A DNA stretch of 42,456 nucleotides from contig JAFSXL010000012.1 in NCBI GenBank assembly GCA_017444125.1, forward strand, positions 1 through 42,456. The letters run 5' to 3'. Shown piece by piece: positions 16,755 through 26,619 of the stretch; the first letter of the stretch is position 1, and each line of letters opens with the position of its first letter. The notes beneath the pieces are model-generated. The model did not search any database. It saw nothing but the letters and a program-made list of their open reading frames with translations, and was not told where the DNA came from. Source of the DNA: Rickettsiales bacterium (GTDB lineage: Bacteria; Pseudomonadota; Alphaproteobacteria; Rickettsiales; Deianiraeaceae). Position numbers and translations under genes: made by a program.

Positions 16755-19700
16755 TCAATCATCCTCTTCATCACGCGGTGCGTGCAACATCAGCATGGCT
16801 GGCGTAAATGTCAATGTTAATATCAACGAGAAGCAAACACCACCTGCAATCGTGGTTGCAAGCTCTTCCCACCACTGTCCGGAAGGAGCGTTAAACAGGA
16901 AGCTCAAACTGAAAAAGTCAAAGTTAACATTGAACATCATTGGCAGCAAACCGCAGACGGTCGTGGTTGTAGTAATCAACACGGGGCGCAAACGCGACAA
17001 TGCTGTCTTGATGACCGCCTCACGTGTTGGCATTTTATGCTTATTTATCAACTCCTGGAATGTGTCTATCAACACGATATTATTACTCACAACTACACCC
17101 GCGATTGAGATAATTCCAAGGCCTCCCATGGCTACACAGAACGGCTTGCCAGTGATGATAAACATCACCAATACACCACCGATAGACAGCACAACTGCGC
17201 TCATTGTGAGGGCCGCGTAATAGACAGAGTTATACTGCCACACCAAAATGAGGAACTTAATGCAAATTGCAATGAAGAAGGCATATATCAAGAACGAACC
17301 AGTTTCTTGCTGTTCTTCCATGTCTCCTCCCCAGACAAACTGGACATCTTTTTGGTTCTTAAATGTCTTATCAATCCACTTTTGCATTTCCATCAATTTA
17401 TTATTCGCGACAACTCCCTCAGCCACATTTGAAGATATTGCAACAGAATAATATCCATCCGTTCGCTTGATGAATGACTGTTCTTTATTTGGTCTGAACT
17501 TTGCAAAATTGCTGACTGCGATGTTCTTATGATGCGTTGGAGAATAAACGGTCAAGTTCTCCATTTCTTTAATAGTTTGCAGTTCACGCGGTACTTTGAT
17601 TACTATATCAACAGCATCATCAATGTCGTTATGACGGAACTCACTGATTGTATATCCCTTTGTCATTGAGGCCAGCGGATAATACAAATCAGACACTCCA
17701 ATGCCATAGAGCGAGCCAAGATTTTTGTCAAAGTCAACCACAATTTCCATCTTACCAGATGCTCTTGTGTCGTCAATATCTTTGAAATCTTTGTCATCGG
17801 CCATGTATTTAGCCACAGCATCTGCATAGTAGTCAATCTTATCAAGTGAGGATGACAAAATTTTGATTTCCAATGGTTTTCCACTGCGAGGCCCCATTCT
17901 ATCTTTTTCAACCTCAATTTGAACGCCTGATATATCGCTCAACTCGCTGTAAATATCCTTGATAATTTCCTTGCTTCTGCGGCGCTTTTGCCAGTCAACA
18001 AGCTCAATGTCAACGATCAAAAATGTATCACTTGTTGTGGTGCTGTCGGCTTCACGAGGGTCTCCAATCTTTGAATAGACAACTTTTATCTCATTCTTTA
18101 TTTTCCGCATCACGCGCTCTTCAACTTGTTTTGCAATTCTTATCTTGTTATCCAACGACATATTCCCGCGGCTTTTCATGGTTATTGAAATATTTCTTGG
18201 CTCAATGTCTGGGAAGAATGTTGTTCCGTGGCTGAGAAATTGATATGCAACAAAGCACAGCAACACACCAATGCAAACCTTTTTTACATATGCCTTTGGG
18301 TTTGTTATGACATAATTCAACAGTTTTTCATACAGCGGAGTGAGTTTGTCAAAAATTGCATTCTCATTTTTAGATGACAATTTCCGCAATGGCGTTTTTT
18401 CAATCGTAAATGCAACAACCGGCACAACCAGCATTGCACACAGTATTGAGTAGCTCAAAACCAAGATAATCACGATTGGAATATATTTCATGAATTTACC
18501 AATAATTCCAGGCCAGAAAAGCAGTGGCATATAGACAACGATAATTCCGATTGTCGCCGACAGCACTGGAACAGCCATACGGGCCGCTGATTTGATATAT
18601 GCTTGCTTCAATTTCATGCCTTGCTGGATGAGTTTGTCCGCATTTTCGGTCACAATCGTGGAGGCATCAACAATCATTCCAACTGCAAGAATAAATCCAA
18701 ACAGCACAACAATATTTAGCGTATAGCCCATCATGTAGACAGTTCCCATACCCATCAAAAATGAGAACGGAATGCTTATTCCGATTATCAAACTTTGCTT
18801 TTTCCCGATTGACAAAATAATAATCAAAACCACCAGCAGAGATGCCAAAATGACATTATTTTGTAGGTCAGTGATTGACTCCTTGATTTGGTCTGAACTA
18901 TCACGTGAATATGAAATTTTTATGTCCTTATTCAGCATGTTTTTTTTCTTCTCAACTGCTGCCTTGACCGCATCAATAGTGTGTATAACATTCGCACCAG
19001 AGCGCTTTGAGATTTCCAATACAAGTGCATCACTGCCATTTACTCGTGCAACCCTGTCAGGACGCTCAAATGTATGCACTACACTTGCAATGTCCCGCAT
19101 GTAGATTGTGCCGTTTTTTGTCCTCCTGATTGGCAAGTTTTTGTTGTCATCAACCGTCTTCACCAGCCCCGACAACTTGACGTTATATTCTGTTACATTA
19201 TTCCTCATTTTGCCGAGTGGAATAAGCACGTTGTTCCTTGCGATTGCGCCGTATATCTCATCCGATGACATGCCAAAAACCTTCATCTTTGCCATGTCTG
19301 GAATTATCTCCACAATGTCATCACTGTCTCCTGTGATGTTCACTTCAAGGACATTTTTCAAGCTTTCTATCTCCTTTTTTAGCAACCTCGCATCACGTAT
19401 TAAATCCTTCTTTGACACATTTCCGACAAGCATCACATAAAGCACAGGGAACTTGCTGACATCAATTTCACTTATTGTTGGCTCCTCAATGTCATCCGGG
19501 AGGTCAGGTTTTACCTCATCAACCTTGTCTTTGACTTTTCTCAAACATGTCTCCGCATCTGCATCCGCGATGAACTCAACAAGCGTATAACCATATCCAA
19601 ACGCAGATGTTGAGGTTATCTTTTTCACATTTTGAAGTCCTTGCAGTTTGCGCTCAATCGGCTTTGTGACCATCCTGTCAACATCCTCCGCAGACGAACC

Positions 19701-19877
19701 TTTCAGTATTGTCAGCACCGAGATATAAGGTATTTTCACCTCTGGGTGGTTCTCCTTTGAAATGTGCGTATAGCCAAAAATACTATATCCCAAACACAGT
19801 CCAAAAAACAACAATGTTGCTTTGTATCTGTGGCAAAAAATTTCAATTATGTTTTTCTTTTTCACCTCTTCAACCAT
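16755..19877 (-). CDS. RND (AcrB/HAE1-type) efflux permease
   Basis: 1040 aa. 12-TM architecture with two large periplasmic loops; N-terminus typical of ACR_tran family proteins. Confidence 0.9.
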   Translation of the reverse strand: MVEEVKKKNIIEIFCHRYKATLLFFGLCLGYSIFGYTHISKENHPEVKIPYISVLTILKGSSAEDVDRMVTKPIERKLQGLQNVKKITSTSAFGYGYTLVEFIADADAETCLRKVKDKVDEVKPDLPDDIEEPTISEIDVSKFPVLYVMLVGNVSKKDLIRDARLLKKEIESLKNVLEVNITGDSDDIVEIIPDMAKMKVFGMSSDEIYGAIARNNVLIPLGKMRNNVTEYNVKLSGLVKTVDDNKNLPIRRTKNGTIYMRDIASVVHTFERPDRVARVNGSDALVLEISKRSGANVIHTIDAVKAAVEKKKNMLNKDIKISYSRDSSDQIKESITDLQNNVILASLLVVLIIILSIGKKQSLIIGISIPFSFLMGMGTVYMMGYTLNIVVLFGFILAVGMIVDASTIVTENADKLIQQGMKLKQAYIKSAARMAVPVLSATIGIIVVYMPLLFWPGIIGKFMKYIPIVIILVLSYSILCAMLVVPVVAFTIEKTPLRKLSSKNENAIFDKLTPLYEKLLNYVITNPKAYVKKVCIGVLLCFVAYQFLSHGTTFFPDIEPRNISITMKSRGNMSLDNKIRIAKQVEERVMRKIKNEIKVVYSKIGDPREADSTTTSDTFLIVDIELVDWQKRRRSKEIIKDIYSELSDISGVQIEVEKDRMGPRSGKPLEIKILSSSLDKIDYYADAVAKYMADDKDFKDIDDTRASGKMEIVVDFDKNLGSLYGIGVSDLYYPLASMTKGYTISEFRHNDIDDAVDIVIKVPRELQTIKEMENLTVYSPTHHKNIAVSNFAKFRPNKEQSFIKRTDGYYSVAISSNVAEGVVANNKLMEMQKWIDKTFKNQKDVQFVWGGDMEEQQETGSFLIYAFFIAICIKFLILVWQYNSVYYAALTMSAVVLSIGGVLVMFIITGKPFCVAMGGLGIISIAGVVVSNNIVLIDTFQELINKHKMPTREAVIKTALSRLRPVLITTTTTVCGLLPMMFNVNFDFFSLSFLFNAPSGQWWEELATTIAGGVCFSLILTLTFTPAMLMLHAPRDEEDD

Positions 19878-19887
19878 AATTCAAACT

Positions 19888-21186
19888 CTAAAACTCCACA
19901 TCCAACCTTGACAACCTAATGTCTCTTATTCGTTTTTTGAATAGATAATCTGATTTGTTTCCTTTTTTCTTGTTGCAGTTGCCACATAGTAATTGGAAAT
20001 TTGTCAATATGTTAGCACCACCTTTTGACTTTGGAATTATGTGATCTATTTCCATATGTTTGATGTTTAGTTGCTCTCCGCAGCCAGCACATTTGCAGTA
20101 TTTTATTCCATCAATCACCTCTCCTTCCTGCAATTCAAACAGATATGCTAATATCTCTTCTCTTGATTTTGGATCTTTTGGATCTTTCAAGTTTTCTTTC
20201 AAATCTGTTCTTTCTGGTATTCTTTTTGTTGCGATAAAGTCCTTAAACATACCTTTGCTGTCTCCAACTTTACCTTCTGATAATCTCTGAATTAATAAAT
20301 CAACACTTTTTTCCGCAATATCAATTCCAATCCAATGTCTGCCAAGATTTTGTGCCGCCACACAAGTGGTTGCGCAACCACAAAATGGGTCAAGAACAAC
20401 CCCATCTTTTGGACACAAACCTTCAATAATCCTATTCAGCAATTCAAGTGGTTTTTGTGTTGGGTAGCCAGTGCGCTCAGGATGCGTAGTTGACAACATT
20501 GAAATATTCCACCAATCTTTCATTCCAACTATTGAGTATGTGCCTTTTTCGTCTTTATAATATACAACTTTTCCACCTTGTCCGCCACCAGTTTCGCCGT
20601 ATGATTTTTCCTTCTGGAGATTGAAGAAGTAATTTCTATTTTTTGAATACCAGTAAATTATGTCATGCTTTTTTGCAAAATGTCTTCTGCTTGCACCACC
20701 ACTTTTATAGCACCAAATTATCTCATTCCTAAAATTCTTCTTGCCAAAAATACAATCAAGCATTATTTTGATAAAATGTCCTGCTGTTTGGTCGCAATGA
20801 TAACATAAATTGCCTGTTGATTTGAGAATTCTATGCATTTGCACCACTCTTTGTGCCATATAGACAAGATATGATTTTAATTGTGGAGAATGAATTTTGT
20901 CAATATCACCAAGATATAAAATCAAGTCAGGATAGTCAAAAAACAAATCTCTCAAACATGCATTGTCAATATCTTCTTTTGACCACATGTCTTTAAATGA
21001 CGAACCAGCGGCAACACTTCCAACAGGCGCAGAAAATGTCTCATTCTTATTAAACGGCGGGTCAAGATAAATCAAGTCAGCAATTTCACTATTCAAGCCG
21101 TTGAGGATGTATAAGTTATCTCCTGTGTAGAGGGTGTTTTGGAATTCTTCGTTCTCTGCCATATCACTCAACTGGTAAGTAGCCAA
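19888..21186 (-). CDS. Beta-class N6/N4 DNA methyltransferase fused to a C-terminal HNH endonuclease domain
   Basis: Motif IV DPPF (21052-21063) precedes YPTQKP and motif I VLDPFCGCATT, which is the beta-class order. C-terminal CxxC...HMEIDHIIPKSKGGANILTNFQLLCGNCNKKKGN is an HNH/zinc-finger nuclease (~19950-20060). Alternative ATG at 21162. Confidence 0.85.
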   Translation of the reverse strand: MATYQLSDMAENEEFQNTLYTGDNLYILNGLNSEIADLIYLDPPFNKNETFSAPVGSVAAGSSFKDMWSKEDIDNACLRDLFFDYPDLILYLGDIDKIHSPQLKSYLVYMAQRVVQMHRILKSTGNLCYHCDQTAGHFIKIMLDCIFGKKNFRNEIIWCYKSGGASRRHFAKKHDIIYWYSKNRNYFFNLQKEKSYGETGGGQGGKVVYYKDEKGTYSIVGMKDWWNISMLSTTHPERTGYPTQKPLELLNRIIEGLCPKDGVVLDPFCGCATTCVAAQNLGRHWIGIDIAEKSVDLLIQRLSEGKVGDSKGMFKDFIATKRIPERTDLKENLKDPKDPKSREEILAYLFELQEGEVIDGIKYCKCAGCGEQLNIKHMEIDHIIPKSKGGANILTNFQLLCGNCNKKKGNKSDYLFKKRIRDIRLSRLDVEF

Positions 21187-22498
21187 CTCCTATCATGCTG
21201 ACAATTCGGTAATATGCTAAAATCAAGGCCTTTTGAGCATTTAGGTAGTCAAGATTTGAGTTCAAATAGCGCGTTTCAACATCCATTTCATCCACAAAAC
21301 TTGCTGTACCTGTGGCAACGGAAACTTTAATCTCTTTTAGCGAATTCTTGCTGGCATCAAGAGCCTTTTTAGTAGCTACAACCAAGTCCTTCATGGAAAA
21401 ATACTGATCCCATGCATAGGCCGCATCTTGCTCGGTTTGTTTCTTGGTGAGGTTGTAGTTCAAGTCCGCAATTCTGTAATTTTTATACTCCTTGCGTGCA
21501 GTATTGAAGCGGTTTAACTTGTCGTTAATCGCCCATGTTGCGCCAAATCCCATGTAGGAATAGTTCATATTCAAGAACCCTTTTGACTTGTATTTGACAT
21601 ATGAAAATTCAGTGTAAACCTCCGGCAACATATCAAATGCTTGCACCATGGCATAATATTTCTGTGATGTTGCTTCATTTTCAGCTTGCAAAAGCTTGCT
21701 GTTTTTACTTAGCGCTAAATTGACAAAATCCTCTTTATCTTTTGCTGGCAGTTGTGCATTCATGACATCTGGCATTTGCAGGTCAATAGGATCTTCCCCG
21801 GTCATGATTTTATACTCCATTTTGGCCTTATCAAGTGCAGATTTTGTACTTATTACGTCAGCTTTGTTTCTGTAAAATTGTGCTTCAGCAAGGACAACTT
21901 GATCGCTTTTAGCAGAACCATATTTATTCATCACACTGATTTTTTTCATCTTCTTTTCAAAAGTGTCAGACATTTGCTCATAGACCTTGGCGGCACTCTC
22001 ATTGTAGATTATATCCATATATTTCTGGATGAAAAGCAAACCAAAGTCTTCAAGAAAACCTTTGTATTCATAATCCTTGGCCCGTTTTCCCTTGCTCGCA
22101 ATGTAGACACCAGGCCACGTTTTGTAAATTGACAGTGAACTTTTGACATTAACCGATAAAACCGTCATCCATGGTTTTTTATTTCCACCAGAAGACAGAT
22201 TTTTCACAAGTTCAGTTTCCATTGGTGTTGTCGGTTGTACATTACTTGGCATTGAAAATAGTTTTGGTTTACTTAAAATCTTCTGGCTCTGCCAATCAAG
22301 TTGGACTGTTGGGAGAAGCGCCAAAATAGCAGTGTCGCGGTTAATGTCTCCAAAATCACGGAGTTTTTCTTTCATCTCAACTGTCTCACTATTTTCATAC
22401 GCCTTTTCAAGCGCTTCCTTCAATGTTATAGCCTCGGCATTGCCTGTTTTAGCAAGCAAACAAGCGGCAAACAGTGTAAAAAACTTTGCGTATTTCAT
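21164..22498 (-). CDS. TolC-family outer-membrane efflux channel
   Basis: Signal peptide MKYAKFFTLFAACLLAKTGNAEA, then ITLKEALEKAYENS (TolC-family N-terminal motif). Two repeat halves rich in coiled segments. ATG at 22498. Confidence 0.75.
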   Translation of the reverse strand: MKYAKFFTLFAACLLAKTGNAEAITLKEALEKAYENSETVEMKEKLRDFGDINRDTAILALLPTVQLDWQSQKILSKPKLFSMPSNVQPTTPMETELVKNLSSGGNKKPWMTVLSVNVKSSLSIYKTWPGVYIASKGKRAKDYEYKGFLEDFGLLFIQKYMDIIYNESAAKVYEQMSDTFEKKMKKISVMNKYGSAKSDQVVLAEAQFYRNKADVISTKSALDKAKMEYKIMTGEDPIDLQMPDVMNAQLPAKDKEDFVNLALSKNSKLLQAENEATSQKYYAMVQAFDMLPEVYTEFSYVKYKSKGFLNMNYSYMGFGATWAINDKLNRFNTARKEYKNYRIADLNYNLTKKQTEQDAAYAWDQYFSMKDLVVATKKALDASKNSLKEIKVSVATGTASFVDEMDVETRYLNSNLDYLNAQKALILAYYRIVSMIGVGYLPVE

Positions 22499-22503
22499 AT
22501 CTT

Positions 22504-24105
22504 TTAAAACCAACTTTTCACTTTGCCAAACAATTCAACTATATCATCTTTGATTGAAGCAAAGAAAAACTTTGAAAATTCAGGAATATCAACAATGAAC
22601 GTCACAACTTTGTCTGCAACGAGTGAAACTTGGTGCGCAACAAAATCCTTAACATTTTTAATACCCTGAAAGAACCCTGTTTTACCGCCCTGCTCTGCTG
22701 TTTTGCTCGCATCAACCGCAACATACTTTATGTCCTTCTCACCAACATTGACAAACTCATGACCGCGTTCAACAATCATGTCCTTGTCTTCAAGTCCGTA
22801 GACATAATTTATACCATCATTCTCACTATAAACCCAAATGTTCTTGGTTGAAATACTGCCATCCTCTGGCTTCAAAACCTTCACCATGAATGCTCCTGTT
22901 GGAGTGGTTTCAAGTGCCTCTGACGAAATTTTAAACACATCGTGTTGGCTCTTGGCTTTGACTTTTATCATCACGCTTATCCCAGGTTTGACCGCCTCTT
23001 CGTATCCTTTGACGCTCTCTATTCTATTAATCAAAATCGTGCGCGAGCCAGTGTAGACGTCAATGCTGTTGCCGATGACCGCAATTTGTCCGTGCGCGAC
23101 CTCATATCCTCCGACATAGACATCAACGAAATCATCCACAGCAATCTCATCTGTTGTTATGTTTTGAATATCGCATTTCACCTGCGTTGCATTTGTGCGT
23201 TCCAGTGTAAATAGTGGTTCTCCCGGGTTAATCTGCGCCTTTTCTTTTTTGTTAATATTGTCAATAAATCCATCAAATGGTGCATAAATTTTTAGTCCAT
23301 TGTAGGCCTTTTTTGCGCTCTCAAAATTGGAGTTTGCGCTCTCCAAATCTGCCTGCATTGCCTTCAAATTTCCAATACTTTCAAGTCCCTCCTGTTGCAA
23401 CTTTTTAATGGCATTATATTGCAACCTTTTGCTCTCCAAAATTGACTTGGCGCTGATATAAGAATTAGCAGTGAACTTACTGTCAAGCTCCATTAAAAGC
23501 TGGCCGCGCTTCACCATTTGTTTCTCCTTGACGTGTATTTTTTCAATCGTTCCGCGCACCTCTGATTGGTAGTTCAAATTGTTCTCACTCTCAATGTAGC
23601 CATAGCAATTTACGTCCTTTTCAATGCGTTCTGGTTTGACTTCGCGCACCATGACAACCATGTTATTTTTGTGCTCCACGAACATCAAACTGATGCGATA
23701 ACAAGCAAAGCAAATGGCCTTGTAGATGATGTATAGCAGGATGAAATAGATGATTGCGCGCTTTTTGTCTTTTTTGTAGAATGCAACCAAGAAGTGCCAG
23801 AATTTTGTGATTGAACCGAGGATAAAAACCTTGAAAAAGAACTTGAAAAAAGCCCACAAAACACGTGGCACACCCTCAATATTGTTCCTGTAAAATAGTG
23901 TTATTCTGTCAGCAACCCTCAAAATTCTGCTGTTGATGGCATAAAAAAAGCCGATGATTTTCTCCAAAAGGATTTGCAATTTGCTCTTTTTTTTTATTCC
24001 CATGGCTGTCAACATGGCATTTTGCATCATTTTTGACGGATCCAATGTCTTATTGACCTTGTTTGACAGCTTTTTAAGCTTATTCTTTAAAAATCGCACA
24101 AGCAT
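22504..24105 (-). CDS. RND/HlyD-type periplasmic adaptor (membrane fusion protein) with a long N-terminal extension
   Basis: 533 aa. The first ~130 residues are basic plus hydrophobic, followed by a biotinyl-lipoyl-like hairpin (EVRGTIEKIHVKEKQMVKRGQLLMELD ... IYAPFDGFI), a coiled coil and a beta-barrel. Confidence 0.8.
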   Translation of the reverse strand: MLVRFLKNKLKKLSNKVNKTLDPSKMMQNAMLTAMGIKKKSKLQILLEKIIGFFYAINSRILRVADRITLFYRNNIEGVPRVLWAFFKFFFKVFILGSITKFWHFLVAFYKKDKKRAIIYFILLYIIYKAICFACYRISLMFVEHKNNMVVMVREVKPERIEKDVNCYGYIESENNLNYQSEVRGTIEKIHVKEKQMVKRGQLLMELDSKFTANSYISAKSILESKRLQYNAIKKLQQEGLESIGNLKAMQADLESANSNFESAKKAYNGLKIYAPFDGFIDNINKKEKAQINPGEPLFTLERTNATQVKCDIQNITTDEIAVDDFVDVYVGGYEVAHGQIAVIGNSIDVYTGSRTILINRIESVKGYEEAVKPGISVMIKVKAKSQHDVFKISSEALETTPTGAFMVKVLKPEDGSISTKNIWVYSENDGINYVYGLEDKDMIVERGHEFVNVGEKDIKYVAVDASKTAEQGGKTGFFQGIKNVKDFVAHQVSLVADKVVTFIVDIPEFSKFFFASIKDDIVELFGKVKSWF

Positions 24106-24184
24106 ATTTACAGTATAAATTATAGAACAAAAAACTTTTTATAAAAAGCAAGTTTTTAAAATAACATGAGCAACACGGCCAAAA

Positions 24185-24262
24185 TGGGGCGAATGACCGG
24201 ACTCGAACCGGCGACATTCAGTACCACAAACTGACACTCTAACCAACTGAGCTACATTCGCC
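24185..24262 (-). tRNA. tRNA-His (anticodon GTG) with encoded G-1 and 3' CCA
   Basis: Reverse complement: G-GCGAATG-TA-GCTC-AGTTGGTTA-GAGT-G-TCAGT-TTGTGGT-ACTGA-ATGTC-GCCGG-TTCGAGT-CCGGT-CATTCGC-C-CCA. The cloverleaf was folded by hand. G-1:C73 is the tRNA-His identity pair. Confidence 0.9.
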
Positions 24263-24382
24263 ATTTTTTTGATTTCATATTTATGTTTTTAATTTTCAAG
24301 TTATTTCTTTTTTTTGCATGTCTATACTTTAATTTATGATTTAAAAAATGACAATATTAGTAAAGAAGTTGATAATAATTAC

Positions 24383-24862
24383 ATGTTTGAAATCAAGAAA
24401 AATGGAGAAAAAGAATTAGAGCAAATACTTGATAGTCCAAATGAAGCCACTGTCTGGAAAAAGTTGAAAGGGATTTTTATTAAAGACAATCAAAAAGTTA
24501 AATTATGGTGCAAAAACCAACGAACTGGAAATATTTTTGGCGAGTATTACGATGAATTTCAACAAGAACACAGAAGTTATTTTGATTTTATTATCAAGTT
24601 TGAAAATGGAAATTATCTATATCTTGAAGTAAAAGGAAGTGATGACAAGGACATTAACAAAAGCAAGACGGAAATGTTAAAAAGAGCATATGAAGAGTAT
24701 TTTAAAGGTAATGTGCTATATGCAAAAAATCTTGTAATTTGTGTGGTTGAAGTTGATGGAGAAAATATCAAGAAAATTTCACCATTTTATAATCAAAAAC
24801 AGTTTGATGATGATTTGAAAACATTTGACTTGGAAGAGGTTGTAATGAAGTTGGTTGTTTAG
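24383..24862 (+). CDS. Stand-alone PD-(D/E)xK-type nuclease-like protein (159 aa)
   Basis: SYFDFIIKFENGNYLYLEVKG fits the (P)DF-x13-ExK core seen in restriction-endonuclease-type domains such as the C-termini of type III Res-like enzymes. ATG at 24383; the track start at 24314 is TTG. Confidence 0.5.
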   Translation: MFEIKKNGEKELEQILDSPNEATVWKKLKGIFIKDNQKVKLWCKNQRTGNIFGEYYDEFQQEHRSYFDFIIKFENGNYLYLEVKGSDDKDINKSKTEMLKRAYEEYFKGNVLYAKNLVICVVEVDGENIKKISPFYNQKQFDDDLKTFDLEEVVMKLVV

Positions 24863-24916
24863 GTTTGTAATTGTTAATGATATTATTACCGAAATGTTGA
24901 AGATTTTATAGTTACG

Positions 24917-24975
24917 AAACGCGTGTTAAGTGAGAAGATAACAAACCGTGAAGGCGAGGCCTCGGGCGGCGCAAC
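24917..24975 (+). repeat. GC-rich palindromic element, 5'-truncated/degenerate copy (R6)
   Basis: aaacgcgtgttaagtgagaagatAACAAACCGtGAaggcgagGCCTCGGGCGGCGCAAC. The last base coincides with the first base of the dnaJ stop codon (24975-24977). Confidence 0.7.
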
Positions 24976-26144
24976 TAACTAAAAAATTTCTTTATATTAT
25001 CAAAAAAGCTTTCGCTCTTCGGGCTACTTGATGCGCCACAGCTTTCATCAAATTTACGCAACAGCTCCTTCTGTTCCGCTGTTAACTTGACTGGTGTCTC
25101 AACTTGGATTGTAATAATCATATCTCCCCTGCGACCATTGTGCATTGTCATGCCTTCACCACGCACAACAACTTTTTCACCGCTCTGTATGCCAGCATTC
25201 ACCATGAATTTAATGTCCCGCTTGTCTATCCCCTTGATTGTGATTTCTGCACCAAGTGCCGCTTGCGTAAAACGAATTGGGACAGTGCATTCAAGGTTAG
25301 AGCCATTCTTCGCAAAAATACTGTGTGGCTTTATCTGAAATACAACATATAAATCTCCTGTTTGTCCGCCACGAACACCACCTTCGCCCTCACCGGCCAT
25401 ACGTATTGTATCTCCATGTGAAACGCCAAGCGGAATTTGCACCTCAACCTTTTTTCTTATTTTCTCCACCCCCTCACCATTGCAATATTTACATGGATTG
25501 CTGATTATTACTCCTTCACCATTGCATTCAGGACATTCTTGCTCTACTATAAAAAATCCTTGTTGCATTCTTACTGCGCCACTTCCTTTGCATCGTGAAC
25601 ACTGTGTTCTTGCATTTTTTCCATCAGCAGAGCCACTTCCACCACAATGCGAGCACTTGCCAAGTGTGTTATATTCTGCAAATTTCTTTACTCCTGCAAA
25701 GGCATCTTCCAGAGTTATGTCCATCTTATATTTCAAATCTGAGCCACGGTTTTCTGCCTCCATGTCGCGCGCAGAACGCCTGCTTCCACCGCTGTGTCCT
25801 TCGTTAAAAAAACTGTTAAATATATCATTGATATTTCCAAAGTCAAAGCCACCAAAGCCACCACTACTGCTAAATCCACTGAAACCGCCGAAGCCACCAA
25901 ATCCTCCGCCACCTGCTCCTGCCCCGTCCGCAGAGCCAAACTGGTCGTATTGCTGTCTCTTTTGTGGGTCTGAAAGCACTGCATAGGCCTCGTTTATTTC
26001 CTTGAACTTTGCCTCGTATTTCTCCTTCTCGTCTGGATGTTTATCTGGGTGATTTTGCACTGCAAGTTTGCGATATGCCCTCTTTAACTCATCGGCTGAA
26101 GCATCTTTTGATACGCCCAAAATTGCATAATAATCCTTACTCAC
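24975..26144 (-). CDS. dnaJ: Molecular chaperone DnaJ
   Basis: 389 aa. J-domain (DYYAILGV...HPDK), Gly/Phe-rich linker, four CxxCxGxG zinc-finger repeats and a C-terminal substrate-binding domain. GTG start. Confidence 0.95.
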   Translation of the reverse strand: MSKDYYAILGVSKDASADELKRAYRKLAVQNHPDKHPDEKEKYEAKFKEINEAYAVLSDPQKRQQYDQFGSADGAGAGGGGFGGFGGFSGFSSSGGFGGFDFGNINDIFNSFFNEGHSGGSRRSARDMEAENRGSDLKYKMDITLEDAFAGVKKFAEYNTLGKCSHCGGSGSADGKNARTQCSRCKGSGAVRMQQGFFIVEQECPECNGEGVIISNPCKYCNGEGVEKIRKKVEVQIPLGVSHGDTIRMAGEGEGGVRGGQTGDLYVVFQIKPHSIFAKNGSNLECTVPIRFTQAALGAEITIKGIDKRDIKFMVNAGIQSGEKVVVRGEGMTMHNGRRGDMIITIQVETPVKLTAEQKELLRKFDESCGASSSPKSESFFDNIKKFFS

Positions 26145-26181
26145 TTGACTTTATTAAAACCAACTAATTAATAGATTTAGA

Positions 26182-26619
26182 ATGAAAAGTTTTTTTTTCA
26201 AGGGGGTTTTTTCATTATTTGCTCCGTTAAAACACGCCACAAATTTATGTTGCGCCGCCCGCGGCCACGCCCTCGCGGTTTGGCTGCGCCTCGTTCCTCG
26301 GCGGCCAAACCTGCTCCGCTCTGGCGCAACCTACGTAGCATTACTCCTTTCATTCACCATACATAACAATCTCGCCCAAGCCCAACAGTTATCCAACCAA
26401 CAATACGCAAGCTTTAAGCATGCGGAAATACTACAAAAACAAAAGCACAGTTATAAATTGATACAATCAAGCAAAGTCAAATTACCAAAAATCAGTCAGG
26501 AAAACAGCAAAACAGTAGTAATGCCAAAAGCATCAATGAGTATTCATAAAACAAAAGAGATGGAAGACAAAAATGATGTTGCAAATAAAACAACTAAAAG
26601 TGAAAAGAAGGAAAAATGA
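26182..26619 (+). CDS. Doubtful ORF (145 aa) that reads through repeat R7; low-complexity Lys/Gln-rich tail
   Basis: Open frame with an ATGA overlap onto the amidase start, but residues ~23-50 are the translation of the repeat. No recognisable domain. Confidence 0.25.
   Translation: MKSFFFKGVFSLFAPLKHATNLCCAARGHALAVWLRLVPRRPNLLRSGATYVALLLSFTIHNNLAQAQQLSNQQYASFKHAEILQKQKHSYKLIQSSKVKLPKISQENSKTVVMPKASMSIHKTKEMEDKNDVANKTTKSEKKEK
26249..26330 (-). repeat. GC-rich palindromic intergenic element (R7)
   Basis: GTTGCGCcGCCCGcGGCCacgccCTCGCGGTTTGgctgcgcctcgttcctcggcggccaaacctgctccgctctgGCGCAAC. Confidence 0.85.

Noticed and set aside
25480-25986. 168-aa Pro-rich ORF on the plus strand ([26 protein letters not shown]).
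   Set aside because: It is antisense to the Gly/Phe-rich linker and zinc-finger region of dnaJ. GGN codons read as Pro-rich on the opposite strand, so this is a classic shadow ORF.
24975-26144. dnaJ without adjacent dnaK/grpE, as a possible rearrangement signal.
   Set aside because: Uncoupled dnaJ is common in reduced genomes. The gene is intact with all four domains, so this is not noteworthy by itself.
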